Positions 9,809 to 18,980 of a stretch of 64,000 bases of DNA are shown here, in pieces. The position numbers were made by a program, and so were the translations under genes. How positions within the stretch are numbered: the stretch's first letter is position 1; every line of letters starts with the position of its first letter. The notes under the pieces were generated by a model, which made no database searches, was not told the DNA's origin, and worked only from the letters and a program-made list of their open reading frames with translations. Source of the DNA: a virus; IMG/VR virus record IMGVR_UViG_3300023184_009648, positions 22,321 to 86,320 of that record; one strand, written 5' to 3'.

Positions 9809-9832
9809 TTTTCTTTTTAACAAGGAGCTTTT

Positions 9833-10750
9833 ATGGAATTCACTTTCGGAACTGATCCTGAATTTATGGTCTCTCGTTGGGATGATCTGCAAAGTGCTAT
9901 TTCTTTACTTCCCAGAAAAGAAGCTGCACTTAGTCGAAATGGTAGTAAATTTTATTATGATAATGTTCTTGCAGAAATTGCTGTTAAACCCAGCAAAAAT
10001 CGAGCAGAAGCAACTGAAAATATATGTAAAGCATTACAAAATCTTTCTAAGATCCTTAAACCTGCTCGCTTTACCATTCAAGCATCAGCTAAATATCCAA
10101 TCAAACAACTTAATGACAAAGACGCAAGGATTGCTGGTTGTAATCCAGAATGGGACGCATATACTTTGCGTTGTATTTTGCCGCCTGATGAAGTTATTTC
10201 TAAAACAGCTTTTAGAACTGCTGGGGGGCATATTCACATTGGAGCTAAGGATTTTTCTGATTCAATAAACGCATTAAATGCCATTCGCATGATGGACTTG
10301 TTTATTGCTATTCCTGCCTTGTTAATGGATACAGATGAAACTTCCAAAGATCGCCGTAAAGTTTACGGACATGCTGGCAGTCATCGTGGCACTGATTATG
10401 GATTTGAGTATCGAACTCTTGGTAATTTTTGGCTCTCTAGCCCTAATCATGTTAATTTGATTTATGATTTAACATCTTTCGTTCTGGATTTTGTAAAAGA
10501 AGAAATGCATAAAAAGTTTTGGTCATTTGATGAATCTTTATTGCAAAAAGGAGATCCTTGCAAAGCATTTAAATGCACAGGCTATGATGTAAAACTATTG
10601 TGCAAATGTATCAATACATGCGATAAAAAGCAGGCAGAAAAATTTATGCTTATTGTTCAAAACTATTTGCCTGACAACCTAGTTCAAGAAATTGAAAAAT
10701 TATCCAGCAATCCCTTGCCTGATCCATATGAGGCATGGGGCATTTCATGA
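9833..10750 (+). CDS. phiEco32-like COOH-NH2 ligase (type 2)
   Basis: GTDPEF, DNVLAE, GCNPE, RTAGGHIHIG, YGHAG and EYRTL motifs. Confidence 0.88.
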   Translation: MEFTFGTDPEFMVSRWDDLQSAISLLPRKEAALSRNGSKFYYDNVLAEIAVKPSKNRAEATENICKALQNLSKILKPARFTIQASAKYPIKQLNDKDARIAGCNPEWDAYTLRCILPPDEVISKTAFRTAGGHIHIGAKDFSDSINALNAIRMMDLFIAIPALLMDTDETSKDRRKVYGHAGSHRGTDYGFEYRTLGNFWLSSPNHVNLIYDLTSFVLDFVKEEMHKKFWSFDESLLQKGDPCKAFKCTGYDVKLLCKCINTCDKKQAEKFMLIVQNYLPDNLVQEIEKLSSNPLPDPYEAWGIS

Positions 10751-11400
10751 TTGTTTTCAAGCACACTGTCAGTGTGCCAAAAAATAAAAAAAGAGGCGTT
10801 CTTGTTTTATTTTCCGGTCGAGGCTCTAAAGCCAAATATTTGCTTAATACTTATGCAAATACCGGAGGACTGCAAGAATTCCTCTTAATTGGTGTTGATC
10901 CAGAAAAAGAGTGGTATCCCTTACCAAATGGTAAAGATGATCAATTACAAGCTATTATCGGATTGCAAGAAACAATAATTAAACTTAAAAGTTTCTTACA
11001 AAACCTGCAAACAGAATATGACTTTAAACCAGAACAAACTGTATTGGCAGGGTTTTCTGCAGGAGCCGTAGTTGCTTTGCAGTTGGCTTTAACTGGAATA
11101 GAAGAATATAACATGGTTATATCACACAATGGTGCAATTTTTCAACCTGATGAAATTCCACCTGCTTCTAAAAAAACAATCTTTGTGTTGCTGCATGCTC
11201 AAGATGATGATTGTTTTAAATGGATGGAAAGATACATTCCAACAAAACAAGGATTAAACAATAAAGGTCATAAAATTGTGGCTATTGAAAGACCTATTGG
11301 GGGACATAAAATTCATGAAAACGACATTGTTACTATGGGGAAGCATTTAAAAACTAGATTCAATTATTATTCGAACTACAATCAGGAATGTTCATTTTAA
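10747..11400 (+). CDS. alpha/beta hydrolase (phospholipase/carboxylesterase type)
   Basis: GFSAG nucleophile elbow; H..DD and GGH triad residues; ATGA-coupled to the ligase. Confidence 0.85.
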   Translation: MIVFKHTVSVPKNKKRGVLVLFSGRGSKAKYLLNTYANTGGLQEFLLIGVDPEKEWYPLPNGKDDQLQAIIGLQETIIKLKSFLQNLQTEYDFKPEQTVLAGFSAGAVVALQLALTGIEEYNMVISHNGAIFQPDEIPPASKKTIFVLLHAQDDDCFKWMERYIPTKQGLNNKGHKIVAIERPIGGHKIHENDIVTMGKHLKTRFNYYSNYNQECSF

Positions 11401-12110
11401 TAATCTAAAATTTTTCGCAACTCCCGCACATTATCTCGTAGATCAATTTTTCGACAACCTCTACATAACCAGCGACTATTCATAGATTGTAAAACTCTTA
11501 CCTCAAGCATTAAGCGTTTTTTGTGCATGAAATACTTGTTCAAACAATTATTACATTGTGTGTTTATATGATTACTTTTTTTGCGACGAAGAGTTCTTTT
11601 TTTTGATTTATTTAAAACCTTGACAATTTCAGGTTGTTTTTTATTTCTAAGATAAAAATTTAGTAGCTCAGGAGGCATGGGAGGTATAGGGAATTTACTT
11701 CCAAAAAGCCAATTGTATTGAGTGCCATCTTCGTGAATAGATGGAGGAACAACAGACTGATGTTTATGTGCTCTAAATTCTATGCCACCAACGACAAGAC
11801 GAGTTAAATTTGGGTCAGGGTTAATGAATAAGTTGTGAATCGACTTAGAGCTACGAAATTTGGGCCTTATTGCTCCATCAATCATGCGTTCCAATAAATC
11901 ATTTGCTTCTTCAGTATCGCCTTCTACATCGACAATATCGCCGAGTAAAATGCCCATGTTATAATTTCCTGTCTGAAAATGTGGTCGCCAGCGTTCCACA
12001 CTCCAATTTTCATTCCAACCTACAGCAATAGGCTTTTTTGTGTCAGGATGTACTGCTATAGGACGCAATCCTGCGGCAGTATATTTGTCAAAAAAAGCTA
12101 AAATATGCAT
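11397..12110 (-). CDS. bifunctional DNA primase/polymerase N-terminal (Prim-Pol) domain protein with C-terminal Zn ribbon
   Basis: KKP...W, NMGILLG..VDVE, H.LF and VVPPSIH..G..Y.W motifs; CNNC...CRGC. Confidence 0.8.
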   Translation of the reverse strand: MHILAFFDKYTAAGLRPIAVHPDTKKPIAVGWNENWSVERWRPHFQTGNYNMGILLGDIVDVEGDTEEANDLLERMIDGAIRPKFRSSKSIHNLFINPDPNLTRLVVGGIEFRAHKHQSVVPPSIHEDGTQYNWLFGSKFPIPPMPPELLNFYLRNKKQPEIVKVLNKSKKRTLRRKKSNHINTQCNNCLNKYFMHKKRLMLEVRVLQSMNSRWLCRGCRKIDLRDNVRELRKILDY

Positions 12111-12176
12111 AAAAAAGCCATAATTTTTACATGGGTGCGATTATTTTTACTTTACTGTATTAGATGGAGGTTTGCA

Positions 12177-13082
12177 ATGAAAATTACAGCGCTCGTGACA
12201 GGAGCAACAGGATTTATTGGTAGCCATTTGTGCAATTGGTTGCATTCAAACAATTATAAGGTTTATGCTATTGGCATCCAAAAAGAAAACCGCCCCAAAT
12301 GTGAAAAATTATTTAAAGTACCTGTTGATGAAATACCTTGGCATAAATTACCAAATATTGATGTTTGCTTTCATCAAGCAGCAAACAACAACACAACTGA
12401 TTCAGATTTTGAAAGCATGTATGAATCAAATGTAAATCAAACAATTAGATTATTTGATTTACTTCACAATTTAAAAAACTGTAAAAAATTTGTCTATGCA
12501 TCTAGTTGTTCTATTTATGGAAAACAACCAGCCCCTTACATAGAAGAAAAAACTAGACCAAATCCTTTAAACGCCTATGCTCAATCTAAGTTACTTCTTG
12601 AAGAATATGCAGAGCAGTTTTCTGAAGAAAATGACGCAGTAATTGTTGGCCTTAGATACACAAATGTTTTTGGACCTAATGAAGGACATAAAAAACTTAG
12701 AGCAAGCATGATACATCAAATCATTGAAACAGTTGTTGAAAATAAACAACCAAATTTATTTAAATGGGGAGAACAAAAAAGAGATTGGGTTTATATAGAT
12801 GATGTTGTGAATGCTAATATTTTAGCAAGTAAGGCAAAAAAATCTGCAGTTTACAATGTAGGATCGGGAAAATCTGAAGCATTTATCCACTTGTTGCAAT
12901 TTATTTCAAAAACAACTGGTAAAAAAATAAAACCTATTTTTAAAGATTGCCCTTTTGAAGCGGCATATCAAAAACATGTTGAAGTTGATTTATCTTTGAT
13001 TAAAAAAGAATTAGGATATAAGCCAAAATGGTCTGTAGATAAAGGCATACAAGACATGTATAAAAAAAGAGACGGAAAATAA
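12177..13082 (+). CDS. NAD-dependent epimerase/dehydratase (ADP-heptose 6-epimerase-like)
   Basis: VTGATGFIGS, YASS, YAQSK, LRYTNVFGP and RDWVYIDD motifs; GGAGG RBS before 12177. Confidence 0.9.
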   Translation: MKITALVTGATGFIGSHLCNWLHSNNYKVYAIGIQKENRPKCEKLFKVPVDEIPWHKLPNIDVCFHQAANNNTTDSDFESMYESNVNQTIRLFDLLHNLKNCKKFVYASSCSIYGKQPAPYIEEKTRPNPLNAYAQSKLLLEEYAEQFSEENDAVIVGLRYTNVFGPNEGHKKLRASMIHQIIETVVENKQPNLFKWGEQKRDWVYIDDVVNANILASKAKKSAVYNVGSGKSEAFIHLLQFISKTTGKKIKPIFKDCPFEAAYQKHVEVDLSLIKKELGYKPKWSVDKGIQDMYKKRDGK

Positions 13083-13098
13083 TTCCGTCTCTTTTTTT
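13062..13098. terminator. bidirectional intrinsic terminator
   Basis: AAAAAAAGAGACGGAA...TTCCGTCTCTTTTTTT between convergent genes. Confidence 0.85.
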
Positions 13099-13112
13099 AT
13101 ATAAATATAAAA

Positions 13113-14165
13113 TTAACCATCAGAACGAACAGCTTGATACAAGTTATTGGTATCAATAGAAGTGAAAAGACCATCACTAAATTTATGGTTAGGGTCAATT
13201 CCCATCATATTTCTAACGCTGTTCCACCAAGCATCCTCAGAAGATTCATCCTTCTTTTCAGCTTTCTTCTCAGCCTTTTTCTTAGCATGCATTAACTTGA
13301 AATCTTTGGCATCAATTTTGCCATCTTTATTTATGTCTAGTTTATGTTGACCACCCTTGAGCATCTTCTTCTTAGACATCATGGGTTTAGAAACTTTGGC
13401 ACTTTCTTCATCGCCGTCTTCTTCTTCATGATCTTCGTGATCGTCATGATCTTCGTGATCGTCATGATCTTCATGATCGTCATGATCTTCATGATCGTCA
13501 TGATCTTCATGATCTTCATGATCTTCATGATCTTCGTGATCGTCATGATCGTCATGATCTTTTTCTTCCTCTTCATGATCTTCGGCATCTTCAGGAGTAT
13601 TAGGACCTTCGTCTGAATACATTTTCTTTTTGGACTTCATGCAAGAAGATTTTTCTTTCTTATCTTCTTTTTTATCCTTATCTTTTTCTTTTTCTTTTTT
13701 GTCTTTAGACTTTTCTGATTCATCATCTTCATCAGACCATCCATCTTCTCCATCCATCTTCTTTTTAGACATCATTCCTTTGCCACACATCATGCATTTT
13801 TTTGCCCAAGCTTTAGCTTTTACACCACACAGCTTGCCACATGATGAGCAAAGACCAGCTTTATCTTTTTTAGATTTTTCTTCGTCATGATCTTCATGAT
13901 CTTCATGATCTTCGTCTTCGTCATTATCGACATCAACATCAACATCAATTTCTTCGTCATCTTTTTTGGGTTCGTCCTTCTTTGAAGAAGGATCAACGAT
14001 TTCGCCATCACCTGTGGGCATCTTTTTCTTTTTCTTCTTATCATGTTTAGCTTCTTCAAAACCAAACTGAGTAACAATGCCTAAATTATTAGGGCTGTAT
14101 AAGCCTAAATTAAAACTGGAAAGTGCAGATTCATTCAATGACTTCCAATGTTTATATGACAACAT
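13113..14165 (-). CDS. low-complexity acidic His-rich protein with Cys cluster and EF-hand-like loop; probable head/internal protein
   Basis: Start MLSYKHWKSLNE after AAGGGA RBS; (DHE/DHD)n; CSSC..C...CMMC; DINKDGKIDAKDF. Confidence 0.75.
   Translation of the reverse strand: MLSYKHWKSLNESALSSFNLGLYSPNNLGIVTQFGFEEAKHDKKKKKKMPTGDGEIVDPSSKKDEPKKDDEEIDVDVDVDNDEDEDHEDHEDHDEEKSKKDKAGLCSSCGKLCGVKAKAWAKKCMMCGKGMMSKKKMDGEDGWSDEDDESEKSKDKKEKEKDKDKKEDKKEKSSCMKSKKKMYSDEGPNTPEDAEDHEEEEKDHDDHDDHEDHEDHEDHEDHDDHEDHDDHEDHDDHEDHDDHEDHEEEDGDEESAKVSKPMMSKKKMLKGGQHKLDINKDGKIDAKDFKLMHAKKKAEKKAEKKDESSEDAWWNSVRNMMGIDPNHKFSDGLFTSIDTNNLYQAVRSDG
13423..13560 (-). repeat. 9-bp tandem coding repeat encoding DHE/DHD
   Basis: About 15 copies of TC(T/G)TC(A/G)TGA on the + strand; shorter copy at about 13881-13915. 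Confidence 0.9.
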
Positions 14166-14260
14166 GTTGTTTTCCCTTTTTTTTGTGCGGGTAAATGTCT
14201 TAAGAGACATAGCTTTAATCTATATATGTCGAGTAAAATTATTTTGCCCAAGGAATCCTT

Positions 14261-15067
14261 ATGAGAAAATTCATGCTTGGTGCAATATTTGTATTGGGAT
14301 TTTTTATAATATTTTCAATATATCAACATAAAAATAAAAAATCACCTTTTGATCTAGACTGTGAAACATTAAATCCAGAAAATAAAAATTATAAAAACCC
14401 TGTAGTTTTTGCACTTATTGATAAAATCAATGATAAAAACAATAGAATTTATAACATTTATGTAAAACAAATGCCCATATGGCTAACCATAAACAATATA
14501 ACATTCAAAGCTCGTGGTGAATTAGCTCATCAAAAAGACAAGCTTTTTCGACTTCATATTAACACAATCATTACTGGCAAAGAAATGGATTTAGGATCAA
14601 ATAATGATATATTTTGGTTCTGGTCTAAACGAATGGAACCATCTTATCTTTATTATTCTCGTCATGAAAATATTTCTAAAACAAATCTTAAAACTCCTCT
14701 CAACCCAATGTGGATGATTGAATCGCTTAATTTTAACTTAATTGATAAGGGAACAATTCAAGCGATGATAGAAAAAAATGAAATGTATTACATTTATCAA
14801 AACAGAACCAGTGCTTCAGGCGAACCCATAATCCTTATTACAATATTAGACCCAAAAAGTGAAAGTGTGATTGGTCGCCTAATGCTCAATCAAATAAAAG
14901 AAAATATTGTAACAATTACCTATAAAAACAAAAGTATGAAAACAATTTGGCACAATGAAGCAATATCCATGGAATGGGATATGAGCAGTATTTGCTACAA
15001 TACAGAATTGCCGGGAAAATTATGGATTTTACCTGATTATAAAAACAAATTTGACATTGGAAAATAA
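14261..15067 (+). CDS. N-terminally anchored periplasmic protein (LolA/DUF4292-like fold suspected)
   Basis: N-terminal TM helix; EMDLGSNNDIFWFWSKR motif. Confidence 0.55.
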   Translation: MRKFMLGAIFVLGFFIIFSIYQHKNKKSPFDLDCETLNPENKNYKNPVVFALIDKINDKNNRIYNIYVKQMPIWLTINNITFKARGELAHQKDKLFRLHINTIITGKEMDLGSNNDIFWFWSKRMEPSYLYYSRHENISKTNLKTPLNPMWMIESLNFNLIDKGTIQAMIEKNEMYYIYQNRTSASGEPIILITILDPKSESVIGRLMLNQIKENIVTITYKNKSMKTIWHNEAISMEWDMSSICYNTELPGKLWILPDYKNKFDIGK

Positions 15068-15095
15068 AAATGCCGCTTTATTAAAGCGGCATTTT
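15067..15095. terminator. bidirectional intrinsic terminator
   Basis: AAAATGCCGCTTTA-T-TAAAGCGGCATTTT between convergent genes. Confidence 0.8.
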
Positions 15096-15117
15096 GCATA
15101 ACAACAAATATAGTTGA

Positions 15118-15354
15118 TTATTTGTTAAATGCTTTGCGAATAGCGTTTCGTCGCAAAGCTTGAACTTTGCGTTTTTCAGCTGCTATACCGCCTTGATTCA
15201 AAGGTTGTTGCGGTGGAATTGCTTGCTGAGCCCTTTGTTGAGTTGGACTCATAGAAGCCGCAATTCCTCCTTGAGTGCTGCGTGCTGAAGTAATAGAACG
15301 AACTATAGGAGTTCTAGATTTATACTTAACTCCTTTATTGCAAGAACAAGCCAT
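15118..15354 (-). CDS. small basic protein with N-terminal CSC motif
   Basis: GGAGG RBS; MACSCNK. Confidence 0.65.
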   Translation of the reverse strand: MACSCNKGVKYKSRTPIVRSITSARSTQGGIAASMSPTQQRAQQAIPPQQPLNQGGIAAEKRKVQALRRNAIRKAFNK

Positions 15355-15368
15355 TTTTCCTCCATCGG

Positions 15369-15548
15369 CTACAGAGATGATCTTAACCGTGTTTTATAAG
15401 TTTTAGACTTTCGAACATATACTGCTTTAATGATATTTTCCAAATCCTTTTGGTAATCATCTAAAGACTCGATGGAAACAGTGGGTATAATAGTTTTGAC
15501 TGATGTTTTAGTCTTACAACTACAATTATTTGTTGATACTGCTTCCAT
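15369..15548 (-). CDS. small protein (59 aa) missing from the ORF track
   Basis: MEAVSTNNCSCKTK...RLRSSL*; ATAAATA 4 nt upstream; fills the gap before 15354. Confidence 0.5.
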   Translation of the reverse strand: MEAVSTNNCSCKTKTSVKTIIPTVSIESLDDYQKDLENIIKAVYVRKSKTYKTRLRSSL

Positions 15549-15576
15549 GATGTATTTATCCCTCAGAGGTTAAAAT

Positions 15577-17094
15577 ATGGTAGTGAGCCATGAAGAAACA
15601 AAAGAACTTGTGGAACAAGCCTTTAATCTTGCTTGTAAAAAATTTGCGGAACAAAAATATGAACAAACAGTTGTTATTCTCGACCAAGCTCTTAAAGTAG
15701 ACCCTAAAAACGCCAATATTCTTCAAATTTTAGGATTGGCCTACCATGCTTTAAAAAACAATGAAAAAGCCAGAGAACACTTATTTGCATCTTTGCTTAT
15801 AGAACCCAATAATTCTGAAACTTTGAATAATATTGGGCTTAGTTATTCTAACACATATGATTATGACAAATCAATTGATTACATCAATAAAGCTATTTGT
15901 TTAAAACCTGAAAATCCATCTCTTTACAGCAATTTAGGATTGCAATATCGTCATTTGCAGCAATATGAAAAAGCAATTGAATGTTTTAATAAATCATTAT
16001 CTTTAAGAGAAGACGCAACTGCGTATGCCATGCTTGGTGGTTGTTATGGAGAAATGAAAAATCTTCAAAAAGCCAAGGAAATGATATACAAAGCATTAAA
16101 AATAAATCCTAATTTTGCAGCTGCTCATGTTGATTTAGCATCGATTTTACAGCTTGAAGGCAACTGGACTGAGGGATTCAATGAATATGAATGGAGATAC
16201 ACGGTTTATGACCAATTGAAACAATGGGAACGCATTTATGATCCAATCAAAAAATGGAAAGGCCAAAATATTCAAAACAAAATAATTATCGTTCACACCG
16301 AACAAGGCCATGGAGATGCAATTCACTTCAGTCGTTATTTGTCTAATTTAAAATATTTAAAACCAAAAAAAATCATATTGCATTGTGGAAAATCACTCGA
16401 ACGCCTTTTTGAAGAAATGGCAAATTTTATATTTACTATTGATCCTGTGCAATTGCCAGAGTATAAAAACGCCAAAGACAATCTGATTCCCGAACACGAT
16501 TATCATTGTTCCATCTTGAGTTTACCTTATTTGCTTGGATTTCCTCCAGTGCCAGCAACGCCTTATTTGTTTAGCAAAAAAAAGTTTGATATGTCAAATT
16601 ATAAAAATGATTATAAAATTGGAATTGTATGGGCTGGAAATCCACAACACTCTCAAGATCGATGGCGATCTTGTAAATTGGAAATGTTTAAGGAAATTAG
16701 TCAAATTTCAGGAGTTAAACTTTTCAGCTTGATGAAAGACACAAGGTCTCGTGCTTATGTTACGCAAAATCAACCTATTGATTTAAGTGAAAACACAGAA
16801 GACATGAAGATTGTAGATATGTCAAGTTATATGGAAGACTTTCAAAGCACAGCTGACATTATTTCATCTCTCGATCTAATAATTGGCGTAGATACAAGCG
16901 TAATTCACTTGGCTGGAGCTCTTGATAAACCAACTATTGCTTTAATTGCATGGAATTGTGATTGGCGTTGGACAATAGATGGCGATAAGAGTATTTGGTA
17001 TAGAAGCTTGAAACTTGTTCGCCAAACTAAAAAAGGCGAATGGGATGATGTTTTTGAAAAAGCAAAACAAGAAGTTTTAAAATTAGTGAAATAA
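15577..17094 (+). CDS. TPR-repeat protein with C-terminal GT9-like glycosyltransferase domain
   Basis: Multiple TPRs; EYEWR, EQGHGDAIHF, IGIVWAGNP and VDTSVIHLAGAL motifs. Confidence 0.88.
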   Translation: MVVSHEETKELVEQAFNLACKKFAEQKYEQTVVILDQALKVDPKNANILQILGLAYHALKNNEKAREHLFASLLIEPNNSETLNNIGLSYSNTYDYDKSIDYINKAICLKPENPSLYSNLGLQYRHLQQYEKAIECFNKSLSLREDATAYAMLGGCYGEMKNLQKAKEMIYKALKINPNFAAAHVDLASILQLEGNWTEGFNEYEWRYTVYDQLKQWERIYDPIKKWKGQNIQNKIIIVHTEQGHGDAIHFSRYLSNLKYLKPKKIILHCGKSLERLFEEMANFIFTIDPVQLPEYKNAKDNLIPEHDYHCSILSLPYLLGFPPVPATPYLFSKKKFDMSNYKNDYKIGIVWAGNPQHSQDRWRSCKLEMFKEISQISGVKLFSLMKDTRSRAYVTQNQPIDLSENTEDMKIVDMSSYMEDFQSTADIISSLDLIIGVDTSVIHLAGALDKPTIALIAWNCDWRWTIDGDKSIWYRSLKLVRQTKKGEWDDVFEKAKQEVLKLVK

Positions 17095-17125
17095 AAAGGC
17101 GTGTCTTTAAAAGACACGCCCTTCT
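17093..17125. terminator. intrinsic terminator between convergent genes
   Basis: GGCGTGTCTT-TAA-AAGACACGCC with an A-tract on the left. Confidence 0.75.
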
Positions 17126-17142
17126 AAAAAGTCAAAATAAAC

Positions 17143-17499
17143 TTACGAACGAGACGAATTGCTACACTGAGTTGCACTTGAACCAGAAGATTTTTGAGTC
17201 TTCTGAGTCTTTTGAGTCTTTTGAGAAGACTTAGTTGCAACAGAAGACTTCTTAGCCGCCTTCTTTGCATTTGCAGCAATAGTATTTGCATCAACAATAG
17301 TTACATCACTGTAACCAAGAGCCTTAGCTACATTTCGAGCACGCCCAGCAACAGCAGAGCGAGTCGGAAAACGGGTGGTATTATCGGCTTGACGAACCAA
17401 CTTAGTAGGCCGAACACCAAGAATATTGGCGGTACCTTCGTAATAGTCTCCAGCAGTAGACTTACAAACTGAAACACGGACGGAAAGAGTATTGCTCAT
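17143..17499 (-). CDS. small basic protein with histone-like K/S/T-rich tail
   Basis: Start MSNTLSVRV after AAGAAAGG; AKKAAKK and (QKT)3 tail. Confidence 0.7.
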   Translation of the reverse strand: MSNTLSVRVSVCKSTAGDYYEGTANILGVRPTKLVRQADNTTRFPTRSAVAGRARNVAKALGYSDVTIVDANTIAANAKKAAKKSSVATKSSQKTQKTQKTQKSSGSSATQCSNSSRS

Positions 17500-17567
17500 A
17501 GTAACTCGTTTGCCTTTCTTAAATAGCGAATAAATTAACCACACTCGTGATTAAAACGCTGCATTCA

Positions 17568-17596
17568 ATATTATGTTTAATAAAATAACAAGTCAA
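17568..17596 (-). promoter_or_regulatory. sigma70-type promoter for the 17499 gene
   Basis: TTGACT-17 nt-TAATAT on the minus strand. Confidence 0.6.
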
Positions 17597-18300
17597 GTAA
17601 ATTTCTTACAATCGAAGCTTTGCGAATCAAAATTACGCAATTTAGTTGATGAAATACGATCAGGAATATGTAAAGTGCCACAATTAGTAAAGGTGGGTAT
17701 AAGCATATAACGATTTTTAGGACGCTGACGCTTTTGAAAAAATTCTTCAATAGACTTGCGATATTTTTGAAAAAATTCTGCTGTATCAATTCCATGTACA
17801 TTATTTTTTAAATTAAAACAAACAAGTATGTTTACTATCGTGCGGTAAACATCATCAATTGTTTGATGCTTTTTTCCTCCACCAATTTGTGCAAAGTTAA
17901 TAAACCATAGATAAGTGTCTGGGTCATATAAGAACGCTGGATTTGTCAATCCAGTCTGTCTATGTGATTCAATACAATCTTCAATCTCGCTTAACCACAT
18001 TTTTTCGCTTGTATTGCTCAAGTATTTGTAATAATACAGCCATGCAATAATAGCTCGAAAACTAAGAATCAATATATCTTTGCAATTTTTGGTGTGAAAA
18101 CCATTTCTTAAACAAAAAGCACAATAATAACCATTACCACCACTCATTTTCTCACATATTTCACGATTTAAATCATTTGAATGACACTTTTTTCTACAAA
18201 AACTACAATAACGAATAAATACATCAAATAACTCACCTGTAATAGTAGGTGGTAAAATTTCTAGATCTATTTGACTTACTGACAATTTTTGCAGCTTCAT
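17593..18300 (-). CDS. hypothetical Zn-finger protein
   Basis: CSFC...CAFC; 235 aa. Confidence 0.65.
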   Translation of the reverse strand: MKLQKLSVSQIDLEILPPTITGELFDVFIRYCSFCRKKCHSNDLNREICEKMSGGNGYYCAFCLRNGFHTKNCKDILILSFRAIIAWLYYYKYLSNTSEKMWLSEIEDCIESHRQTGLTNPAFLYDPDTYLWFINFAQIGGGKKHQTIDDVYRTIVNILVCFNLKNNVHGIDTAEFFQKYRKSIEEFFQKRQRPKNRYMLIPTFTNCGTLHIPDRISSTKLRNFDSQSFDCKKFT

Positions 18301-18377
18301 GAATCACCAGATTTAAAAAAACCTGCATAGATATTATTAAGTGAGTCAGTTCACTCAAGCTTGAGATGAGGAAAAAA

Positions 18378-18602
18378 ATGAAAACATTCGTTCAATGGGC
18401 TGAAACAGTAAAGAAAGAACTTCCAGTTTATGTGCAAGACGAGGCGACTCGTCGTGCCGGTATTGCATATTGGGCTTACCCTGATGCTTATATTCGCAAT
18501 CAATATCCCGATTCTTGGTTCACTCCTTATGCTGCTGATGCTGCTTTCAAGCTAGGCTATGCAAAAGGTGGTCCAAAAGCTGGTAAGGAAATTGCGGGTT
18601 AA
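18378..18602 (+). CDS. aromatic-rich small protein, paralog 1 (capsid-targeting-like N-terminus)
   Basis: MKTFVQWAE...GIAYWAYPDAYIR; GAGG RBS. Confidence 0.75.
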   Translation: MKTFVQWAETVKKELPVYVQDEATRRAGIAYWAYPDAYIRNQYPDSWFTPYAADAAFKLGYAKGGPKAGKEIAG

Positions 18603-18910
18603 TGAAAACTTTTTTACAATGGGCTGAAATTAAACATCGGGAACTTCCTGTCTATCAGACAGATGAAGGCGGTGGCAGCACAGCACGCAACGGCATAGCT
18701 TATTGGGCTTACCCAGACGGCTATATTCGTTCACACTATCCTGATGCTTACTTTATGAGTCGTGCTCCTGACGCTCTTTGGAAAATGTCTCCCGGACCTC
18801 CAATTACGCCTCATAAACATCATGTTCATCACATGACGCCACCTGATTATGCGATTGGACCTGATGGACAGGTAAGAAAAGAAAAAGAAGTCGAATACGA
18901 AACTGATTGA
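18602..18910 (+). CDS. aromatic-rich small protein, paralog 2
   Basis: MKTFLQWAE...GIAYWAYPDGYIR; TAATG coupling. Confidence 0.75.
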   Translation: MKTFLQWAEIKHRELPVYQTDEGGGSTARNGIAYWAYPDGYIRSHYPDAYFMSRAPDALWKMSPGPPITPHKHHVHHMTPPDYAIGPDGQVRKEKEVEYETD

Positions 18911-18942
18911 TTTACTCATTTACCATGTGTAAAAGGAGTACC

Positions 18943-18974
18943 GATGCCGTCCGAAAAGACGGCATCAGCTTTTT
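18943..18974 (+). terminator. intrinsic terminator
   Basis: GATGCCGTC-loop-GACGGCATC followed by a T-tract. Confidence 0.75.
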
Positions 18975-18980
18975 ATAGTT

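Noticed and set aside
13423-13560. CRISPR-like array
   Set aside because: 9-bp in-frame coding tandem repeat without unique spacers; the alternative-frame ORFs here (IMTIMK.., MIFMIV..) are shadows of the repeat
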